Positions 57,045 to 64,000 of a stretch of 64,000 bases of DNA are shown piece after piece. Under the pieces are notes generated by a model, which had not been told where the DNA came from, did no database searches, and worked only from the letters and a program-made list of their open reading frames with translations. A program made the position numbers and the translations under genes. The first letter of the stretch is position 1, and each line of letters opens with the position of its first letter. Source of the DNA: an uncultured delta proteobacterium (GTDB lineage: Bacteria > Myxococcota > Kuafuiibacteriia > Kuafuiibacteriales > Kuafuiibacteriaceae); assembly GCA_963803435.1 (NCBI GenBank), contig CAWDML010000001.1:1760001-1824000 (forward strand), given 5' to 3'.

Positions 57045-58784
57045 TCACACCACCCGCTGCGCCTCCGAGAGCCCCTCGAAGAAGGCGCGGGCGTTGGCGC
57101 CCAACGTGCGCGTCCGGTAGCCGCCCTCCTGCACCACCAGCGTGGGCCGGCCCAGCTCACCGATCCGCCGCCCGTTCGCGCGGAAATCCGCCGCGTGGAG
57201 GCTCCAGGTCCCGGTCGGATCGCCCTTCGCCGTGTCGAGGCCGAGCGCGACGACCAGGAACGCCGGGTTGAAGCGAGCGATGCGATCGAGCGCCTTCGTG
57301 AGCGCCTTCTGGTAGCGAGCGCCGTCGATCACCTCGGCCAGCGGCAGGTTGAGGTTGAAGCCTTCGCCGGGTCCGGCGCCGACCTCGTCCTCGAAGCCGG
57401 TGAAGAATGGGTACGCGATGTTGGGGTGGCCGTGGATCGAGACGGTGAGGACATCGCTCCGATCGAAGAAGATGTCCTGCTGCCCGTTGCCGTGGTGATA
57501 GTCGATGTCGAGGATCGCGACCTTGCCCTGCCGCGAGAGCACGTTGGCCGCGATCGCGTTGTTGTTGAAGTAGCAGAAGCCGCCGAACGAGCGCCGCTCG
57601 GCGTGGTGCCCCGGCGGCCGGACCAGCGCGTAAGCGAGACGCTCGCCGTCGAGGACGAACGCGGCCGCGGTCAGCGTGCAGTCGACGGCGCGGACGGCAG
57701 CGGCGTAGGCGTTGCTGTTCAACGGAGTGAAGGTGTCGATGCAGTAGTACCCGGCGCGGACCGAGAGCTCCTTGGGCGGACGGGTGGCGTTCCGGATCGG
57801 GAATACATACGGGTAGACCGACTTGTCCTTGACCGACTGGCAGGCGCGCCGGAGGTACTCGACGAAGTCCTGGTCGTGCACCGCGAGGATCGGCGCCATC
57901 CCGTGGGTCTTGGCCGGCACCGACTCGAACAGACCCGTGGACGCCAGCTCCTTCACGATGTGATGGATCCGCACCGGAGACTCGACATAGCCGCGCTCGC
58001 GGACGTGGTGGATCTCGTGACGATCGTTCACCACCATGATGTGCGGCGCCCGCGCGACCTGGACCGCCCGCCGCTGGACGTCGGCGGCGGCCGCCTTGGT
58101 CGCGTAGCGCGGCGGGCGGATCCGGACCGGATCGTCCCGGATCGAGTCGACGACCATCTTCACGTACTCCGGCGTGCAGATCTTGGAGTACTTACGCTCG
58201 AGGATCGCCCGCACCACCTCGCGGACATAGGCCCGGGAGGGCGGCCCCCCGCCCAGGCCGTCGTACACCAGGTAGGGCAGGCCGCGCTGTCCCGGTCGGA
58301 GCGGCGCCTGGTACTCCGTGCGGTCGACCGGGCGCGCGCCGAAGTGCTCGTAGAAGCGAAGCCTCGACTTGTTCTGCTTCAGGATCGCGGGATCGTCGAT
58401 CTCCTTCGGATCATCCGGGAGGCACTCGAAGAAGAGCCCCTTCATCCCGGTGGCCTTCATGTCCTCCCGCACGCGCTGATAGAGCGCCGCGCCGAACCCC
58501 CGGCCGCTCGTCTGCGCGTCGGAGGCGATGAACTCGAGATAGGCGAACGCGATCTTGGTATCGACGTGGATCGAGGCGAAGCCGTGGACCTGCCTCCGGC
58601 GCTCCGCCACGTAGAGCATGGGCCGGAGCTCCGGGTGGATCGGCGCGCTCATCCGGCGCTCGAACGCCTCGATCTCCTCCTCGGGAAGGCCACCGAACTG
58701 CGCGCGCAAGATCTCCGCGGCCTGCGCGATCGCGGCCTGATTGGCGGGCAGGAAGTCGTCGTGGATGCGGCGAATCGTGAACAC
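57045..58784 (-). CDS. GNAT acetyltransferase fused to an HDAC/acetylpolyamine amidohydrolase domain
   Basis: SGRGFGAALY and RFYEHFGA (GNAT); RPPGHHA, GGFCYFNN, DIDYHHGNG and QEGGY (HDAC). Confidence 0.9.
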   Translation of the reverse strand: MFTIRRIHDDFLPANQAAIAQAAEILRAQFGGLPEEEIEAFERRMSAPIHPELRPMLYVAERRRQVHGFASIHVDTKIAFAYLEFIASDAQTSGRGFGAALYQRVREDMKATGMKGLFFECLPDDPKEIDDPAILKQNKSRLRFYEHFGARPVDRTEYQAPLRPGQRGLPYLVYDGLGGGPPSRAYVREVVRAILERKYSKICTPEYVKMVVDSIRDDPVRIRPPRYATKAAAADVQRRAVQVARAPHIMVVNDRHEIHHVRERGYVESPVRIHHIVKELASTGLFESVPAKTHGMAPILAVHDQDFVEYLRRACQSVKDKSVYPYVFPIRNATRPPKELSVRAGYYCIDTFTPLNSNAYAAAVRAVDCTLTAAAFVLDGERLAYALVRPPGHHAERRSFGGFCYFNNNAIAANVLSRQGKVAILDIDYHHGNGQQDIFFDRSDVLTVSIHGHPNIAYPFFTGFEDEVGAGPGEGFNLNLPLAEVIDGARYQKALTKALDRIARFNPAFLVVALGLDTAKGDPTGTWSLHAADFRANGRRIGELGRPTLVVQEGGYRTRTLGANARAFFEGLSEAQRVV

Positions 58785-58793
58785 GACGAGCGG

Positions 58794-60216
58794 CTAGCCG
58801 TCGTGATACAGCGCGAACTCGTGGGGATGAGGCCGCATCCGGATGGCGTCGACCTCGTTGGTCCGCTTGTAGCGAATCCACGTCTCGAGGACGTCCTCGG
58901 TGAACACGTCTCCCTTGAGGAGGAAGTCGTGATCCCGCTCGAGCTCCCGGAGGGCCTCCTCGAGGCTGCCCGGGCAGGTGGGGACGTCCGAGAGCTCCTC
59001 GGGTGAGAGGCCGTAGATGTCCTTGTCGAGCGGATCGCCCGGATCGATCTTGTTGAGGATCCCGTCGATCCCCGCCATCACCATCGCGCTGAACGCGAGA
59101 TACGGGTTGCAGAGCGGATCCGGGAAGCGCACCTCGAGGCGCTTGGCCTTGGGCGAGGGCGAGTACATGGGGATGCGGATCGACGCGGAGCGGTTCCGCG
59201 AGGAGTAGGCCAGGTTCACCGGAGCCTCATAGCCCGGCACCAGCCGCTTGTAGCTGTTGGTCGTCGGGTTCGTGATGGCGCAGATCGCCCGCGAGTGCTT
59301 GAGCACCCCGCCGATGTAGTGGAGCGCCATCTTCGACAGCCCCGCGTACTCGTCGCCGGCGAACAGCGGCTTGCCGTCCTTCCAGAGCGACTGGTGCGTG
59401 TGCATCCCCGACCCGTTGTCGCCGAAGATCGGCTTCGGCATGAAGGTCGCCGTCTTGCCGTGCCGCGCCGCCACGTTCTTCACCACGTGCTTGAGCCACA
59501 TGGTGTGGTCGGCGATGTCCACCAGCGGGGCGAAGCGGATGTCGATCTCGCACTGCCCGCCGGTCGCGACCTCGTGGTGCTCGCGTTCGACCTTGAGGCC
59601 GAGCTTGTTCATCTCGTGCACCATCTCCATGCGGAGCGGGTGGACCTGGTCGGTCGGGGACACCGGGAAGTAGCCACCCTTGTGCGGCGGCCGGTAGCCG
59701 AGGTTCGGGCGGCCGTTGCTCTCCTCACCCGTGTTCCAGGCGCCCTCGTCGGAGTCGATCTGATAGAAGGCCTGGTTCGGTCCGGAGTCGAACCGGATAC
59801 TCGTCGAAGATGAAGAACTCCGGCTCGGGGCCCAGCACCACGGTGTCGGCGAGGCCGGTCGACCGGAGATACTTCTCGCACTTCTTGGCGATGTAGCGCG
59901 GGTCCCGCGAGTACGGCTCGCGCGTGATCGGATCGCTGATGTCCGCGATCATCGAGAGCGTCGCCGCGTAGCTGATGAACGGATCGACCCTGGCCGTGTG
60001 CGCGTCGGGGATCACCAGCATGTCGGAGGCGTTGATGGCTTGCCACCCGCGGATCGAGGAGCCGTCGAAGCCGAGGCCTTCCTCGAACGTCGACTCTTCG
60101 ATCTGATCCATCGGGCATGTGAAGTGCTGCCAGATGCCGAACAGATCGACGAACTTGATGTCGACCATGTCGCATCGGTTGTCCTTGGCGAACGCGAGGA
60201 CCTCTCGTGGCTTCAT
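58794..60216 (-). CDS. glnA: Glutamine synthetase type I (extra base near 59799)
   Basis: [46 protein letters not shown] and the DIYGL adenylylation loop; GGAGG RBS. Confidence 0.95.
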
Positions 60217-60277
60217 TTTTTTTCTGTCTCCTCCAGGCGGGTTCAATCAGTCGCGACGCGGCGCGATTAGCACGGGA

Positions 60278-62019
<1,742 letters not shown>

Positions 62020-62075
62020 CCGTAATCGAACTGTAAGGGATCGGTTTTGCCCTGTGGACCAGACTCCTCTGTGCA

Positions 62076-64000
62076 ATGAGGCACGCGCTATTTTCGTTGT
62101 CTGCCGCCCTCCTGACCATCGCACCGCACCTCGCGCATGCGCAGCAGTGGGGTCCGCTCGATACTGTGCCGCATCCCAATGTCGTCATCGCGCACGACAC
62201 GTCGGTCACGATGAACATCAACACGGCGTGCAACAACTGCCATGACCCCGGAAGCTCGCGGCTCGAGGTCTCGAAGCAGGACATCTTGCAAACGCTGCCG
62301 CTGTTCCGCCCGTATTTCAACTACGGCGCGTTTCAGTATGCAGGGTGCGACTCGGCGCAAGTCACGACGCGCGTGCTGCCGACGCCCGACGCGCCGGACG
62401 TCTCCTACGCCCAGGTGCTCGGGGCGATCGGGGGCGCGAGCGCCTGTCACAAAAAGGAGGAGCGCCTCCCCGGCGGCGCCGTCACCACGTGCGCGACCGC
62501 GGGATGCGGCGGCGACACGCAGCTCGCCGTCGATCTCGCGAACCTCTCGCTCCCCGGCTTCGATCCGCTGCGCCCGTTCCTCCACGTCGATTGCATCTAC
62601 CACTACGTCGCGGACCTCGCGCCCTGCGTGACGGACACGGGCGAGCCGACCGACGCCACCGGTTACCGCGGCGGCTGCTACCACATCGGCTGCAGCGACA
62701 TCGGCGGGATCGAGGGCATCATCTTCACGCTCCAGCAGCTCCCCACGATCGACTGGCCACGCTGGACGGAGTCCGGCCTCACGCCCGAGCAGGTTCAGGC
62801 CGAGTTCTGTGCGCCGGTCAAGGACGTGCTCACGAACGTCTACAACCAGATCCTGGCGTGCCGGCCCGATAACGCCTTCTACAGCACGTTCCCGACCGAG
62901 ATCGAATCGAGCGACTGGTGCGACGCGAACGTGATCGCGCAGAACGCGTGCACCAACTCGCCCCTGGCGAACAGCTGCGTCTGCGACAACACGAACCAGG
63001 CTTGCATCGCCGGCGGCCAGCCGACCTCCGCGTGTGGAACGCCCTTCACCTGGAAGGCACGACAGCAGGTCGCCGTTTGCGAGGCCTACCAGCCGGGCGG
63101 CGCCTTCGACTCGTTCTACCAGGGCCAGGCAGACAACGTGGTCAACGGCGAGTGCCGCGAGAACGCCGTGCTGTTCTTCACCGACGGCTACATGGGTGAC
63201 ACGCCCGGAACCACCGTCGAGGGCAGCCGCGCGATCCCGACCTATCGCTCGGTGAGCGGCCTCAGCAACATGGCCGTGTTCCGCGTCGCCGACAGCTTCA
63301 CCGGCATGGCGGACGGCATGATGCGATCGGTGACCAACAACGTGGTCCCGACCGCGTATTCGGCCGTCGATCAGGCGACGATGCAGGAGTCCTTCTCGCG
63401 GCTGCTCAACCGCATCTTCAAGGGCGTGTACACCGGCGCGGCGATGACGCTCGACTCGCAGGGCACGCGCGCGGTGTTCCACAGCTTCACCGTGCCCGGC
63501 TACAACCAGACCGGACCGATCAGCGACAACTACCTCGGGTGGCCGGCCCGCCTCTCCATGCACGAGGTCGGCGACGATGGAACGATCTCTGCGACGCCCG
63601 TCTGGGAGACGGACTGGGCCGATCGCGTCGGCGGCAGCCCCGGTTGCGGGCCGACGATCATGGGATATTCCGACACGGCCCGCCTGGGCCCGAACGGCAC
63701 GTTCAGGAACGGCGTCCCCCGCGCGGTCGGGATCCCGGCGAGCTCGATGGATCGGGACGGCGACGGGGTCGTCGACAACCATCCGGCGCTCCGTTTCGGC
63801 GAGATGTACAGCATCGCCTCGACCCGCCCGGTGATCGTGGAGGCGCCCCGAGAGGCCCCGAACGGCAGGTACGGCGGCGAGCTGATGGCCTTCCAGACCT
63901 CGGCCCCGATCCGCGAGCGGATCCGGTCCGTCTACGTGATGGGCAACGGCTACGTCTATGGCTTTCACGGCGGCGCCTATGATCCGACGGCCCGGAACTT
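62076..64000 (+). CDS. PilY1/PilC-like type IV pilus adhesin (3' partial; missing from the ORF track)
   Basis: My translation: signal MRHALFSLSAALLTIAPHLAHA; PNVVIAHDTSVTM and CRENAVLFFTDG (VWA); RSVYVMGNGYVYGFH propeller start. Confidence 0.75.
   Translation, partial: MRHALFSLSAALLTIAPHLAHAQQWGPLDTVPHPNVVIAHDTSVTMNINTACNNCHDPGSSRLEVSKQDILQTLPLFRPYFNYGAFQYAGCDSAQVTTRVLPTPDAPDVSYAQVLGAIGGASACHKKEERLPGGAVTTCATAGCGGDTQLAVDLANLSLPGFDPLRPFLHVDCIYHYVADLAPCVTDTGEPTDATGYRGGCYHIGCSDIGGIEGIIFTLQQLPTIDWPRWTESGLTPEQVQAEFCAPVKDVLTNVYNQILACRPDNAFYSTFPTEIESSDWCDANVIAQNACTNSPLANSCVCDNTNQACIAGGQPTSACGTPFTWKARQQVAVCEAYQPGGAFDSFYQGQADNVVNGECRENAVLFFTDGYMGDTPGTTVEGSRAIPTYRSVSGLSNMAVFRVADSFTGMADGMMRSVTNNVVPTAYSAVDQATMQESFSRLLNRIFKGVYTGAAMTLDSQGTRAVFHSFTVPGYNQTGPISDNYLGWPARLSMHEVGDDGTISATPVWETDWADRVGGSPGCGPTIMGYSDTARLGPNGTFRNGVPRAVGIPASSMDRDGDGVVDNHPALRFGEMYSIASTRPVIVEAPREAPNGRYGGELMAFQTSAPIRERIRSVYVMGNGYVYGFHGGAYDPTARN

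Overview
High-GC bacterial DNA whose gene content suggests Myxococcota (AgmX/PglI domain, PilY1, VWA lipoproteins, SycD-like chaperone, spdEFG1-type EF-G). It holds about 50 genes, mostly metabolic or envelope: oxoprolinase, MscS-cNMP, a TonB receptor plus HmuY, fabH/fabK, glnB/glnA, an HD dNTPase and GST. I saw no rRNA, tRNA or CRISPR array. Highlights: (1) two copies of an IS1182-derived element with CTAG target duplications and ~65-bp inverted ends built from hexamer repeats, in which a four-helix-bundle (23S-IVP/Avd-like) gene replaces the transposase N-terminus; (2) a gene-free ~240-bp hairpin of inverted 7-mer/6-mer arrays with the same design; (3) a 1027-aa protein (lectin-like + DUF1521-like + five ~88-aa DWAVTD repeats) beside a SycD/LcrH-type chaperone; (4) a triple-HmuY heme-uptake operon with a Fur-like box; (5) GNAT-deacetylase and KaiC-like/SLOG-like fusions. 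Several reading-frame breaks fall on corrupted GATC sites and are probably sequencing artefacts rather than pseudogenes. All family calls come from motif recognition by eye; no database search was run.
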